Below are positions 29,661 through 40,760 of a stretch of DNA of 64,000 nt, piece by piece. Below the pieces are notes generated by a model. It ran no database searches. It was not told the origin of the DNA and saw only the letters and a list, made by a program, of their open reading frames with translations. The stretch lies in the NCBI GenBank assembly GCA_039811685.1, contig JBDHZC010000003.1, positions 293,514 to 357,513 of the forward strand, written 5' to 3'. Both the position numbers and the translations under genes were made by a program. Numbering within the stretch: position 1 is the stretch's first letter; each line of letters opens with the position of its first letter. This stretch comes from Armatimonadota bacterium. GTDB taxonomy: Bacteria > Armatimonadota > UBA5829 > DSUL01.

Positions 29661-29665
29661 GAGAC

Positions 29666-30652
29666 ATGAGCGCGTTGCCTCACAAGTCTGGTTCCGAGTT
29701 TGCGTTGACAGTCGCATTGTGCACCTATCAGCGCAGCGCTCTCTTGCAGAAGGCGCTGGAGAGTTTGCTGGGCCAGACAGGCATCGATCCCTCGGAGATC
29801 GAAGTGCTGGTGGCTGACAATGGATCTACCGATAATACTGTCCGGATGTCGGAAGAAGTGGGGCAGCGTTTGCCCTTCGCGACAAGAGTTGTCATCGAGC
29901 CAAGGAAGGGTCTGAGTTACGGGCGCAACCTTGCTGTGCGGGAGGCCAGAGGTGAGATAGTCGCCTTTCTGGACGATGACGCTGTTGCGGAACCGACCTG
30001 GATTAGCGGGCATCTCGAGGCTTACCGCGCCGATCCAGAGGTTGCGGGAGTTATGGGTCGCGTGCTTCCTGTGTGGGAGAATGACCGTCCTGCCTGGCTG
30101 GACCCGATGCTGGACCCGTATCTGACGATTGTTGACTATGGTGAAGAACCCTTTACGCTCCAGTACCCGCAGCATTCTCCGGTTGGGGCAAATATGTCCT
30201 TTCTGAGACAGGCGTTGCTGGATGTGGGACTGTTTGATGAGCGCTTTGGAGTGGGCGGAGCCCGAAAGATTCCGTATGAGGAGACAGAGCTCGCGGGGCG
30301 CCTTCACGCTCGCGGTCTGAAACTGGTTTATGCTCCACGCGCGGTCGTGCTGCACGGCGTTCCAGCCAGCAGGGCTACGATCCGGTGGATGTCGAGGCGC
30401 GTGGTTGACCAGGGTCGAGCGGAACTGGTCTACGATCTTGACCACGGAACCAGATTTCATGCCGTCAGGAAAGCGCTGGCCGGAGCCTTTTTGCGCGGGC
30501 CAGTTTTGGCTTTGGCCGCGCTGGCTGATCTCGCTGTGGGCAACAAATCCCGCGCCGCTCGCCGGGCGAGCGTTTCGTGTCATGCATTCGGCTATCTGCA
30601 GGAGTTAGTATACATGCTGCGGCATCCTGCCAAACGAGAAACAGCACTATGA
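29666..30652 (+). CDS. GT2 family glycosyltransferase
   Basis: LCTYQR, VADNGSTD, GLSYGRN, FLDDD, GANMSF, EETEL. Start refined to ATG 29666. Confidence 0.92.
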   Translation: MSALPHKSGSEFALTVALCTYQRSALLQKALESLLGQTGIDPSEIEVLVADNGSTDNTVRMSEEVGQRLPFATRVVIEPRKGLSYGRNLAVREARGEIVAFLDDDAVAEPTWISGHLEAYRADPEVAGVMGRVLPVWENDRPAWLDPMLDPYLTIVDYGEEPFTLQYPQHSPVGANMSFLRQALLDVGLFDERFGVGGARKIPYEETELAGRLHARGLKLVYAPRAVVLHGVPASRATIRWMSRRVVDQGRAELVYDLDHGTRFHAVRKALAGAFLRGPVLALAALADLAVGNKSRAARRASVSCHAFGYLQELVYMLRHPAKRETAL

Positions 30653-32322
30653 AGTTACCACGGCCAGGATTATCGGCTCTCAAAGAAGCGCTCGCCGCTG
30701 CTTCGCGACCGAGTGCGGGTGCGGCGGTACCTGAACCCAGGCGCTTCACTCTTCGAGCGACGATCATTACGCTACTGAAGCTCGTCGCCATCGTTACCGG
30801 GATCAGCTTGTTCATCATTGGGCAACTGGCGCTTGGTTACCAGGCATCGCGTGGTTCCCTGGATATTACCATTGCCGGAGCGGTGATCTTTGCTGTTTTT
30901 CTGGGTGTCGTTCTGGGGCGTGACATTTCGTGGCGAGTGCTCTTCTTCGTCATCATGTATCTGATCATGCCGTGGCCTCAAAGGTATCTTGGCGAAAGCA
31001 CCATTACAAGTACATTCGTGTTTGAACAACTCATGAGCCTGAGTTTCATGGTATTTCTGGTACTTGATACGGCGTCAAACCCTGTTCGCAAGTATCCCAA
31101 TGGTTTTGTACTTCTCGCGTTTCTTCTGTACGCGCTGGCGGATGTTGCGTCATTTTTCGCTCAGACGCAGTTCACTGATCCACGCGTGGCGCGCAGCTAT
31201 CTCATTCAAGACTTTATGGGAGTAGCTCTTGTCCTGGGCTGTTTCTATTACGCGAACAACTGGAAGAAATACCGCGCTGTTTTGAAGTGGCTCCTGTCTG
31301 GCGCGATAATCGTGTCCGCAATGGGGATATTTGAGTTCTTCTTTCCGAACCAGTACTACGTGTTTTACAACGCGGTGTTCAACATGAGTGAGCGCCACGT
31401 CCAGATCGCGCGCGAGAGCCACCGCATTATTGGTCCCTTCACAAGTGGGCCTGAGCTTGCTGTTTGGCTTGTGTACTTCCTTGTGCTGGCGTTCTACTGC
31501 ATAGCCTTCGCCAGCAGTCTGACAAGGCGTTTCTGGAGCATAGTTGTCTTTGCAGTTCTCCTGATGGCTCTGCTCTTCACAGCTTCGCGTGGGCCACTCG
31601 TTGGCGCTATCGTCGCGTGCCTCCTTTTCCTCGCGCTCATTGGACGAGCGCGGACAGCGCTGGCTGCATCGTCCGTGCTGATAGTGCTTGGAGGGATCGG
31701 GTACTTCGCTGGACCTACACTGGCAAAGGTCATGCCAGGAGACAATATGTTTGCGCGCATTCTGGGCCAGACGAAAGACACTGCGGATCCTTTGGCAACC
31801 CTTGAAGTGCGGCAGAACGTGTGGAATGAAGGCGTCGATATCTGGAGTCGGCACAAGTTGTTTGGCATTGGTTCAGGAGAATGGTTGGAGATGCGCAAGC
31901 GGCAGGGTCGCGTTCTCCGCAGCGACATGCCTGTCTCATTGCACAGCGGTTACGTCCAGACGATGGTTGAACGCGGTGCGCTGGGGTTGCTCAGCCTTGC
32001 CTTTCTAATGGCGGTCATCGTTCACACCGGACTCAAAGCTGTTCGCGGATCACCGCCAGGAACTCGACGTGGCCTGGCGGCGGCGCTGTACGCTGCGTGT
32101 ATCGGACTGATGGTGTGTACACTGTCTGAGCCGGCATTTGTGCAGAAGAAGAATTTCTTCTTTGTAGCCATTGCCGTGGGTTTTCTGCTCAAAGTCCCAG
32201 TCGTTGCCAGACAGGAAGTTCTGGAGCCTTCAGAAGTCGACCCTGCATTTCGCCGTGTCCGGCGTTATGCGCCTCGCCTGGGCCGGTCTCGGCAGCTCCC
32301 GCCATCGGCTGAGCACGCCTAG
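30649..32322 (+). CDS. O-antigen ligase / Wzy polymerase family membrane protein
   Basis: Multi-TM; RIIGPF..P, TASRG, R..VW, LFGIG.G, LHSGYVQ..VERGALG. ATGA overlap with the GT2 gene. Confidence 0.85.
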   Translation: MKLPRPGLSALKEALAAASRPSAGAAVPEPRRFTLRATIITLLKLVAIVTGISLFIIGQLALGYQASRGSLDITIAGAVIFAVFLGVVLGRDISWRVLFFVIMYLIMPWPQRYLGESTITSTFVFEQLMSLSFMVFLVLDTASNPVRKYPNGFVLLAFLLYALADVASFFAQTQFTDPRVARSYLIQDFMGVALVLGCFYYANNWKKYRAVLKWLLSGAIIVSAMGIFEFFFPNQYYVFYNAVFNMSERHVQIARESHRIIGPFTSGPELAVWLVYFLVLAFYCIAFASSLTRRFWSIVVFAVLLMALLFTASRGPLVGAIVACLLFLALIGRARTALAASSVLIVLGGIGYFAGPTLAKVMPGDNMFARILGQTKDTADPLATLEVRQNVWNEGVDIWSRHKLFGIGSGEWLEMRKRQGRVLRSDMPVSLHSGYVQTMVERGALGLLSLAFLMAVIVHTGLKAVRGSPPGTRRGLAAALYAACIGLMVCTLSEPAFVQKKNFFFVAIAVGFLLKVPVVARQEVLEPSEVDPAFRRVRRYAPRLGRSRQLPPSAEHA

Positions 32323-32370
32323 AGTAGATACTGCAAACGCCTTGTCCGCCGGATGAAGGCTGCAGGGGAG

Positions 32371-35300
32371 TTACGCCAGCCCTGGCTTTTCAGACCCTCG
32401 TTCCGAGAGATAATATAACACCGGGACAGCCATCCGTGACAACAGTGTCGAGGCGATCTCGCCTGCCATCAGCGAGATGGCCAACCCCTGGAAAATCGGG
32501 TCGAAAAGAATGACAAAAGCGCCGACCAGGACTGCGGACGCTGTCAGCAGCATCGGCCGGAACCGGACGGCCCCTGCGTCCACGACTGCTTCAGCCAGAG
32601 GCATTCCCTCGCGCCTTCTCAACTCGATGAAGTCCACGAGAATGATGGAGTTACGCACGATTATGCCGGCTCCCGCTATGAAGCCGATCATGGATGTCGC
32701 TGTAAAGAATGCCCCCATCAGAGCGTGTGCCGGCAGAATCCCGACCAGAGTCAGGGGGATAGGAGCCATAATGACCAGCGGCGTCTTGAAGCTGCCAAAC
32801 CAGCCGACCACCAGAACATAGATCAGAATCAGCACCGCGCCAAAAGCTATTCCCAGATCGCGGAATACCTCGTAGGTAATCTGCCATTCCCCGTCCCATT
32901 TCATCGCGTAGCGGGATGTCGTGAATGGCTGCTGTGTGGAGTACTGCGCTATCTGATAGCCTTCCGGTATCTTGATATTCTCAATTTGCTTGCGCATTTT
33001 CAGAATCGCATAAACCGGACTTTCCTGTCGCCCGGAGACATCTCCAGTCACATAGACTACCGGCATCAGGTTCTTGTGGTAGATGCTCCTGTCCTTGAAC
33101 CCTTTGGCAACCTGCGTAATCTCACTTAGAGGCACAAGTTGTCCTCCCGCGCCAGCCACTTTGAGCGAAGAAAGCTGCTGCTCTCCAGAGCGTCTCGCTC
33201 GCGCCAGCTCAATCTTTACCGGCACAGGTTCTGTGTCAGACTCTACGTGCGCAAGGCCCGCGTCCTGTGATCCCACCGCCAGGGCCAGTGTATCGGCGAC
33301 GTCGCCCGATGTCACTCCTGACAGCGCTGCTTTCCGGCGGTCGGGCGCCCACTGCAACTGCGGCTGAGGATCCTCAACATACCAGTCCACGTCTGTCACA
33401 CCTTCGGTCTGCTCAAACACGCCGCGGATTTTGCGCGCGATCTCGATCTGCCGGGAATATGTGGGCCCGTAAACTTCCGCAACCAGAGTCTGAAGAACGG
33501 GAGGACCGGGTGGGACCTCCGCGACCTGTATGCGTGCGCCGTGCCGTCGGGCGATAGCCTGCAGCCTGGGCCTGACACGCTTGGCGATTGCGTGACTCTG
33601 AGCTTTGCGCTCGTGTTTGTCCACCAGGTTTATCTGAAGGTCGGCTAAGTTCGCACTCTGACGCAGGTACCAGTGGCGTACGAGGCCATTGAAATTGTAC
33701 GGGGCTGCGGCGCCGGTGTAGGTTTCAACATCTGTAACTTCTGGTTCGCGGATGAGCTCGTCTCGCATCTCGCGCGCCACAAGCGCCGTCTGCTCCAGTG
33801 TTGTCCCTTCCGGCATATCTATCATCACCTGGAACTCGCTCTTGTTGTCAAAAGGCAACATCTTAACCGTAACGAGCTTGAGTGGGATCAATGCGAATGC
33901 TCCCAGAAGCAGAACCGCTATCAGTACAAAAAAACCGAACCTGCGGGAAGAACTGGCGATTAGAGGCGACATAAAATGCCGGTAGAGTCGTGTCAAAGCT
34001 CCTTCCGACTCAGCCGCTTCGCCGTGGCCAGAAGAGCCGTAGTGATTTCGCAGCAGTCTCAGAGCAGCCCACGGTGAGATCACAAAAGCAACCGCCAGCG
34101 AGAACAGCATCGCGGCCGATGCTCCGACAGGGATGGGGCGCATGTACGGTCCCATCAAGCCCTGGACAAACGCCATTGGCAGAATAGCTGCGATAACAGC
34201 CAGTGTCGCCAAAATCGTGGGATTACCCACCTCGTCCACAGCCTCTGACGCGACTTCGATCAGCGAGCGCCCTCGATTTTGCGGCATTCGAAAGTGCCGC
34301 ACGATGTTCTCAACCACGACGATGGCGTCGTCAACCAGAATACCAATCGAGAATATCAGCGCGAATAGCGTAATACGGTTCAGCGTGTAGCCATGCAGAT
34401 AGAACACCAGCAGCGTCAGCGCCAGAGTGACTGGCACCGCGATAGCCACCACGCCCGCTTCTCGCGCGCCCAGCGCCAGCATGATCAACAGCGTCACAGA
34501 CGCCACCGCAATCAACATATGGTAGAGCAGCTCGTTGGACTTCTCCAGAGCAGTTTTGCCGTAATTGCGGGTGACCGTAATGTGCACGTCCGCAGGCAGC
34601 ACCTGCCCTCGCACCATCTCCACTTTTTCGAGAACATGGTCAGCGATAACAATGGCGTTCTTGCCCTGTCGCTTGGCGATGCTGATTGTGACGGCGCTGG
34701 CATCCTGCGTACTTCCAAGCTCTTTGCGCAAGACGCCGCGCGCGCCAGGCCCCGCCGCGATGCTGACATAGCTCGAAGGCTCCTCCGGTCCATCCTCCAC
34801 TCGGGCGATATCGCGCAGATATACAGGACTGCCATTAACCACCGACAAGGTCAGATTGTTCAGATCATCAGGGGTGCGGACAAAGCTGCCGGCTCGCACA
34901 ACGGACTGTACGTTTGCGCTGTCAAACGAACCTGCCTCAAGCTCTTCGTTAGCGCGCGAGACTACAGGTGCGATCTGGGTCAGTGAAATGCCTCTGCCAG
35001 ACGCCTTGTCCGGGTCTACAATTATCCGCAGGGCTCGCCGCCGCCCACCTGTAAGCGTAGTCTCCGAGACGTCAGGAATCTGCTTGATGCGCTTTTCAAG
35101 CTGAGAAGCCATCTGCCTGAGTTGGTAGGGCGTTCGTTTTTTGCTCCACAGCGTCAGAGCAAGAATGGGGACGTCGTCAATGGACCGGAGCTTGACCAGC
35201 GGCTGGCTGACACCTTTGGGAATGCGGTCGGCGTTGGAGAAGAGCTTGTTGTAAACCTTGACGATGCTGTCTTCCACGTTGCGCCCGACGTAGAAGCGGA

Positions 35301-35595
35301 CGATCGCCATACACTGTCCCGGAGAAGATGTCGTGTAGATGTACTCAACGCCTGGAATCTCCCACAGGAGCTGTTCCATCGGCTTTGTGACGCGCTCCTC
35401 GACCTCTTTCGGACTGGCGCCGGGCATTTGCACGAACACGTCCACCATCGGAACGATAATCTGTGGTTCTTCCTCACGCGGCAGCTTCAGAACCGCAAAC
35501 GTGCCGAGCAGCAGGCAGGCAACTATGATGAGTGGAGTCAGTTTGGAGTCGATGAAGTAGTGGGCAATGCTGCCTGACAGTCCGAGCTTTCTCAT
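32371..35595 (-). CDS. RND efflux transporter permease subunit
   Basis: 1074 aa; [40 protein letters not shown]. Confidence 0.93.
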   Translation of the reverse strand: MRKLGLSGSIAHYFIDSKLTPLIIVACLLLGTFAVLKLPREEEPQIIVPMVDVFVQMPGASPKEVEERVTKPMEQLLWEIPGVEYIYTTSSPGQCMAIVRFYVGRNVEDSIVKVYNKLFSNADRIPKGVSQPLVKLRSIDDVPILALTLWSKKRTPYQLRQMASQLEKRIKQIPDVSETTLTGGRRRALRIIVDPDKASGRGISLTQIAPVVSRANEELEAGSFDSANVQSVVRAGSFVRTPDDLNNLTLSVVNGSPVYLRDIARVEDGPEEPSSYVSIAAGPGARGVLRKELGSTQDASAVTISIAKRQGKNAIVIADHVLEKVEMVRGQVLPADVHITVTRNYGKTALEKSNELLYHMLIAVASVTLLIMLALGAREAGVVAIAVPVTLALTLLVFYLHGYTLNRITLFALIFSIGILVDDAIVVVENIVRHFRMPQNRGRSLIEVASEAVDEVGNPTILATLAVIAAILPMAFVQGLMGPYMRPIPVGASAAMLFSLAVAFVISPWAALRLLRNHYGSSGHGEAAESEGALTRLYRHFMSPLIASSSRRFGFFVLIAVLLLGAFALIPLKLVTVKMLPFDNKSEFQVMIDMPEGTTLEQTALVAREMRDELIREPEVTDVETYTGAAAPYNFNGLVRHWYLRQSANLADLQINLVDKHERKAQSHAIAKRVRPRLQAIARRHGARIQVAEVPPGPPVLQTLVAEVYGPTYSRQIEIARKIRGVFEQTEGVTDVDWYVEDPQPQLQWAPDRRKAALSGVTSGDVADTLALAVGSQDAGLAHVESDTEPVPVKIELARARRSGEQQLSSLKVAGAGGQLVPLSEITQVAKGFKDRSIYHKNLMPVVYVTGDVSGRQESPVYAILKMRKQIENIKIPEGYQIAQYSTQQPFTTSRYAMKWDGEWQITYEVFRDLGIAFGAVLILIYVLVVGWFGSFKTPLVIMAPIPLTLVGILPAHALMGAFFTATSMIGFIAGAGIIVRNSIILVDFIELRRREGMPLAEAVVDAGAVRFRPMLLTASAVLVGAFVILFDPIFQGLAISLMAGEIASTLLSRMAVPVLYYLSERGSEKPGLA

Positions 35596-37025
35596 TGCTC
35601 TGAGACCGTCACTCCATCGCTCAAAGCGTCAAGGTTTGAGATGGCTATTCTCTGTCCGCTGTTCAATCCCGACAGCACAATCCTCTGATCCCTGCGTTTT
35701 TCTCCCAAAGTCACCACAGACAGGTGCGCAGTATCGTTGTCGTCCACTGCCCACACGTGGGCGAGGCCTTCTGCATCCACAACTGCTGATTCCGGTACAA
35801 CGATTGTTCGCTGTGCTTTTCCAGGAATAATCAGCCGTCCAAACTGCCCGGCTCTCAGTCGCCTGTCCGGCTCAGTCCTTGCCTTAACCCTGACTGTATG
35901 CGAGCCGGAATTGCCGCTCGGACGAATCTCAACAACCTCAGCGCTCAGTTGCTCCGCTCCAAGAACGTCAACGCTGACCTTTACCGCTTGCCCAACACTC
36001 AGCTTCGACGCAAGCAGCTCAGGTACATCTGCTCCGATACGCCACTGAGAGGTATCTTCGATGTCAATGACTGGGCTTCCCGGGCCAACCTGGTCACCCG
36101 GGTCCACATATCGCATAGTGACAACGCCGCTGAAGGGGGCTCGAATCACCGAATAGCTGGCAACAGCTTCGGCCGCCGCGAGTGACGCCGTCGCTTGGGA
36201 CGTCTGCTGCATAGCGGCCCTGGCTTGCTCGCGGCGCACTGCGGCTGACAGACGCTGGGCTCTGGCCGCTCTAACTCCTGCTTCTGCCTGAGCCACTCGC
36301 TCTTCAGCCGTGCGTACGTGCTCTCGTCTGCTGCCCTCCTGCACAAGATCCGCATGTTGCTTGGCGGATTCCCACACGGCGCGCGCTGTTTTCTCCGCCG
36401 CTAGCGCCTGCTCCAGGCGCTGCTTGGTCACGACATCCTGCTCAAACAGCTTCTGCATTCTCGCCGCTTCGCTCGCTGCGAGATCATGTCCCGCCTTCGC
36501 TTGGACAACAGCCAGCTCAGCCTGTGCCCTTTCCTGTGATCTTGCTCCGCGGCGCACCACTTCAAGCTGCTGTTTCGCCTGCTTCAGCGCCGCTTCAGCG
36601 CTTTGTACCTGTGCGAGCGATGCCTTTTCTTCCATAGATGCTGCTGTGCGGGCTCCTGTAGCCGACGCTGCCGCAGCCTTCACGGCGGCCTGCGCCTCGC
36701 CCACGGATGCCCTCAGATCGCGGGCCTCCAGCCGCACGAGCGCCTGTCCTTTGACAACTCTGTCACCTTCCCTCACCATCACGGCAGATACGGTCGAGCT
36801 GATCTTGGGAGACAGTGTAGAGCGCATAAGAGGCTGAATGACACCGTCAACAGTCTGAGTTTGCTCAGCAGCCTCAAGCCGGACTGTCAGCAACTGAACT
36901 TTCACTTTCTCCGCCGCTGCTTTCGAGACTGGCTTGTGGTGCGAAGGCCGGAGGAAGAGGATCAGCACAACGATGACAAGAGCTGCTCCGATGAGAAGAG
37001 TCGCTCTCTTAGGGGAGCGCGTCAT
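35592..37025 (-). CDS. RND efflux periplasmic adaptor (MFP)
   Basis: N-terminal TM anchor, lipoyl half-motifs [11 protein letters not shown] and IRAPFSGVV, long coiled coil, VPESAV. Confidence 0.9.
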   Translation of the reverse strand: MTRSPKRATLLIGAALVIVVLILFLRPSHHKPVSKAAAEKVKVQLLTVRLEAAEQTQTVDGVIQPLMRSTLSPKISSTVSAVMVREGDRVVKGQALVRLEARDLRASVGEAQAAVKAAAASATGARTAASMEEKASLAQVQSAEAALKQAKQQLEVVRRGARSQERAQAELAVVQAKAGHDLAASEAARMQKLFEQDVVTKQRLEQALAAEKTARAVWESAKQHADLVQEGSRREHVRTAEERVAQAEAGVRAARAQRLSAAVRREQARAAMQQTSQATASLAAAEAVASYSVIRAPFSGVVTMRYVDPGDQVGPGSPVIDIEDTSQWRIGADVPELLASKLSVGQAVKVSVDVLGAEQLSAEVVEIRPSGNSGSHTVRVKARTEPDRRLRAGQFGRLIIPGKAQRTIVVPESAVVDAEGLAHVWAVDDNDTAHLSVVTLGEKRRDQRIVLSGLNSGQRIAISNLDALSDGVTVSEQ

Positions 37026-37222
37026 GCCGGCTGATCCTTAAGTCCGAGTGCCCGAAGCAGCGCCATCATCGGACACCGGTTTGTAAAGGCAGACTGCAGG
37101 AGGTTGAGTCCCACAAACAGTGTAAACGCATAGAACCACTGTATTTTCGTCGCGTAGCCCAGAGCGACGGACCCTACGACGAAGACTCCAGCAATCCCCC
37201 TCAAGGCACGCTCGACAGTCAT
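37022..37222 (-). CDS. DUF2892 (YgaP-like transmembrane) small protein
   Basis: MTVERALR.IAG, FVGLNLLQSAFTNRCP. Overlaps the MFP start (ATGA) and lies 2 nt after tolC. Confidence 0.85.
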   Translation of the reverse strand: MTVERALRGIAGVFVVGSVALGYATKIQWFYAFTLFVGLNLLQSAFTNRCPMMALLRALGLKDQPA

Positions 37223-37224
37223 AG

Positions 37225-38511
37225 TTACTCCCTTTCGCTTTGCATAAGGACGTCAATGCGGCCGATTGCAGCCAGCCAGGCAGCTTCGGCCGTTTTCAGG
37301 TCTGTCAGGCTCTGAATGCGGGAGGCCTGTGCCGCAGAAACTGACGCCTGGGCACTCAACAGATCCGTCTGAGTATTGACCCCTTCACGCACTCCGATCT
37401 CAATCAGCCGGCGGCTCTCCGTGGCCGATTCTACCTGCTTCTCCGTCGCCCTCCATCTTTCCCGTGCGCTCTCCAGTGACAGACGTGTCGTTTCCCGCTC
37501 AAAGCTGACCTGGTCTTCCGCCGACTGCAGCTCACTCGCCGCCTGGTCCCGCTGAGCGACCGCCTTGTCAACAGCAGCCGAAATGGAACCCCCCTCCCAC
37601 AGCGGCAGGCCAGCACGGATCATTACAGCAGCGCTGCCGTCTCTGCGAGGGAATTCCGCACCTTGAGCGATTGCCTGTACGTCAGCATCGACTGATACGC
37701 TGGGAAGTCGCTGAGCGCGCGCCGCCCGGACTGCCGCCTCTGCTGATTTCAGTGCGCTTCGCGCAGCGATGACGCGCCCGGATTCATGCTCAGCTACAAG
37801 CGCAACGGTATTGTCTGGAGCCAGAGCCTCCGATGCGACACTGATATCCTGAGACTGTCGCGCGCCCATTGCAAACTTAAGCGCGGCCAACGCAATTTGC
37901 CCCGTGTTGGCAGCGCGGAGCAGGCGGTCGTTTGCCAATGCAAGCTCTGCTTCTGCGCGCAGGACGTCTCCGCGCGTGGCCAGTCCAGACTCCTGCATCT
38001 TGCGAACACTTGCCAGATTTGCCTCCAGAAATGCCTTTCCATCTCGCGCGGCTGCGATACTTTGTGTGGCGGCAGCAGCTTCCCAGTAGCGGCCGGCAAC
38101 CTCGAGCAGAATCCTGTCGCGAGCTTCCTGCGCCATGGATGCCTCGGCGGCACTGCGGAGTCCGGCCGCCTTTCTGACGCCCGAAAGGCTGGGGGCCAAT
38201 ACGTTCATACTCAGCGTCAGTGACTGGGCCTGAGTAGTCTGTTTGAAGATTTCTTGTCCGAAGAAGGTGGTCGGCAGACTGAGGTAGGTGTAGCCGATCC
38301 CGGCGCTGACATGCGGGCGCAGCGCGCTTTTCGCTAAGGAAAAGTCTGCGGAGGCAGCTCGCGCTGCTGCATTGGCAGAGGAGATGCGCGGGTTTTGCGA
38401 GCAGGCGGTGCGCAGCGCTTCTGCCAGTGACAGAGGCTGACCAGACCCTGCGACCGCAAGAAGCAGTTGAGCCGTAGCAAAGACCACGACGCGTCGAAGT
38501 CTGAAAGCCAT
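37225..38511 (-). CDS. TolC family outer membrane efflux protein
   Basis: Signal peptide, LSLAEAL...NP, two helical repeats (GLATRGDVLRA, GVNTQTDLLSA), LPLWEGG. Confidence 0.88.
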   Translation of the reverse strand: MAFRLRRVVVFATAQLLLAVAGSGQPLSLAEALRTACSQNPRISSANAAARAASADFSLAKSALRPHVSAGIGYTYLSLPTTFFGQEIFKQTTQAQSLTLSMNVLAPSLSGVRKAAGLRSAAEASMAQEARDRILLEVAGRYWEAAAATQSIAAARDGKAFLEANLASVRKMQESGLATRGDVLRAEAELALANDRLLRAANTGQIALAALKFAMGARQSQDISVASEALAPDNTVALVAEHESGRVIAARSALKSAEAAVRAARAQRLPSVSVDADVQAIAQGAEFPRRDGSAAVMIRAGLPLWEGGSISAAVDKAVAQRDQAASELQSAEDQVSFERETTRLSLESARERWRATEKQVESATESRRLIEIGVREGVNTQTDLLSAQASVSAAQASRIQSLTDLKTAEAAWLAAIGRIDVLMQSERE

Positions 38512-38869
38512 AATTGAGTTCTTTCGGATAGAGTCTTCGCTGGTGTTATCGCCCGTGTATGCCAGCGACGCTTGTCCGCTTATAGATTAGCCACAACTGC
38601 GCTGCGGCGCAATGGTACAATCGTACCCGCCGCCCGGAGCGCTCTGGTGACAGAAATCGTCGTCAAAACACCTGAAAGAGAAGGGAACGCTTGCGTGGGA
38701 GCATAACACCCGAAAGGCATATCCGGGCGTCGAAAACGGCGAAGTTTTATAGCGCTGGCATGGCTCTTAGAGGTAAACTCAGACGATCCTGTCGGCGCTT
38801 TCGTGTGTCACACTCTCTGAGCAGACCGAGGCTCTTCCCGCATTGGCTGCCCGGATTAAGGAGATTTTC

Positions 38870-39859
38870 ATGGCTCTTAAAATTGGTATTGTTGGCTGCG
38901 GCGGAATAGGCAATGTGCATGCGGACGCTTATGCGAAGAATCCCAAGGCTGAGATTGTCGCAGCCTGCGATATCATCCCTGAGAGGGCGGATGCCCTCGC
39001 AGCCAAGCACGGCGGAGTTGCTTACTATAGCGTAAAAGAGATGCTCGCAAGCGGTGTGCATCTGGACGCCTGCAGTATGTGCACCAAAGGAGAGGAGAAC
39101 GGCGGCGATCACTTCCAGCCGACAATGGAGCTTCTGGAAGCAGGTATTCCAACTCTCGGGGAAAAGCCGATATCCAATCGCATCGATGAGGGCGAGAAGA
39201 TGGTAGCCCTGGCTCGTGAGAAGAAGGTTCCCTACGCCATCAACCTCAATCACCGTTTTACTCCAGCTGCCGTGAAAGCCAGAGAATGGGTCAGTAATGG
39301 GCGTCTGGGTAGCCTCAACATGATCAATATGCGGATGTGGATTAACAATCCAGTTGAAACCTCGGAGTGGTTCCACATGCGCGCCTTGCATCCCCACTCA
39401 TTCGATGTGATGCGCTATTTTTGCGGAGACGTGAAGAGCGTCGCCTGTTTTTTGAAAAAGGGTGACGGGCGTATAACCTATTCAAACGCCCAGGTGTTGC
39501 TGCATTTCGCCAATGGCGTCGTCGGCAATCTCACAGGCAGCTACGACGCTGGTGGCTCTTACGGGCTGGAAAAGTGCGAAGTTGTTGGCTCCGCCGGACG
39601 CTTCGTGCTGGATGATGCTTGCGAGCATCTGGCATTCTATGACCGCAACTCAATCGAGTACGAGAGCTACAGCTACCTCGGTGGGATGCGCTCCTTCGGA
39701 GAGACTTTTGGAAGCCGTCTCAGCGCCTGGCTGGATCAGATTGAGACAAAGACTCCTTACAATGAGATCGACGGATCCGGAGAAGACGGGCTAAAAGTCC
39801 AGAAGATCATCGAAGCGGCGATTACTTCCTGGAACGAGCACAGAGTTGTCGATCTGTAA
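38870..39859 (+). CDS. Gfo/Idh/MocA family oxidoreductase
   Basis: IGIVGCGGIG, EKPI, NHRFTP. Start refined to ATG 38870 after AAGGAG. Confidence 0.9.
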   Translation: MALKIGIVGCGGIGNVHADAYAKNPKAEIVAACDIIPERADALAAKHGGVAYYSVKEMLASGVHLDACSMCTKGEENGGDHFQPTMELLEAGIPTLGEKPISNRIDEGEKMVALAREKKVPYAINLNHRFTPAAVKAREWVSNGRLGSLNMINMRMWINNPVETSEWFHMRALHPHSFDVMRYFCGDVKSVACFLKKGDGRITYSNAQVLLHFANGVVGNLTGSYDAGGSYGLEKCEVVGSAGRFVLDDACEHLAFYDRNSIEYESYSYLGGMRSFGETFGSRLSAWLDQIETKTPYNEIDGSGEDGLKVQKIIEAAITSWNEHRVVDL

Positions 39860-39911
39860 GTTGCAAGCAGAAACGGCGGTCTCCAAAACAGCCAAGCATT
39901 GAGGTCTTAAT

Positions 39912-40712
39912 ATGATCAAACTGGGTGTCAACTCGGTTCTTTTCGGGGCAAACGACTTCGCTACTGCCTGCAGACACATCAAAGCGGCGGGGTACGACGG
40001 CGTTGAGATTTCGGCCATTCAGGGGATGTGTGAACACCTTGTTCTGGATGACTGGAAGTCGCAGGCTTCTGAGATTCAGAAAATCGTTGCAGATAACGGA
40101 CTGGAGATACTTTCCTCTGAGGTCGCGTCACTCGATGAGGGCCGGCTCACGAAAGCCTTTGAGGCCGCTGCTGAGATAGGAATTCCGGTCATCAACATAG
40201 GTCCGGGCGGAAAGAGCGATGTCGAGGAAGACATTCAGGCATCCATCAGCGCCATCGGGCGCATGGCGGATAAGGCGCAACACTATGGCGTCACGCTCTG
40301 CGTGAAAGCCCACGTAAACTCTGCCATCTACAGCACTCCGACGACGCTGCGGGCAATGCGGGAGATTCTCTCGCCTGCGTTCGGAATTGACATGGATCCC
40401 AGCCACATCTACCGGGCCGGGGAAGATCCTGCCAGAGCGCTTTCGCAGGTCATCAGCCGGGTGAAGCATATTCACATTCGCGACTGCAAAGGGCCAGGTC
40501 CGTCTCCCGGGGCGCCGCAGGATCAGGCCTGCGGACGTGGAGATATCGATTTGTTTGCCTACTGCAAGTCTATGGTGGACGCAGATTACAGCGGCCCGGT
40601 GTCTCTGGAAGTGATCGGCGCCGGTGAGCTGTCTTTGCCGGAAGTTTCAATTATTGCTGCCGAGAGCTACGGCTATCTGAACGCCATTCTGAAGAGTCTC
40701 GGGGCGCGGTAG
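39912..40712 (+). CDS. Sugar phosphate isomerase/epimerase (xylose-isomerase-like TIM barrel)
   Basis: AGYDGVEI, DMDPSH, HIHIRD, GRGDID, YSGPVSLE. Confidence 0.85.
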   Translation: MIKLGVNSVLFGANDFATACRHIKAAGYDGVEISAIQGMCEHLVLDDWKSQASEIQKIVADNGLEILSSEVASLDEGRLTKAFEAAAEIGIPVINIGPGGKSDVEEDIQASISAIGRMADKAQHYGVTLCVKAHVNSAIYSTPTTLRAMREILSPAFGIDMDPSHIYRAGEDPARALSQVISRVKHIHIRDCKGPGPSPGAPQDQACGRGDIDLFAYCKSMVDADYSGPVSLEVIGAGELSLPEVSIIAAESYGYLNAILKSLGAR

Positions 40713-40760
40713 TCCCGACGCTGGTGATCTTCCAATCTCTGCCATTCTAGAGAGCTTACA

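Noticed and set aside
29582..30583. 333-aa minus-strand ORF
   Set aside because: Antisense shadow of the GT2 gene.
38512..38869. Possible riboswitch or small ORFs (38691-38909) in the divergent intergenic region
   Set aside because: GAAA-containing segments lack convincing flanking helices, and the ORF overlaps the Gfo start and has no motif.
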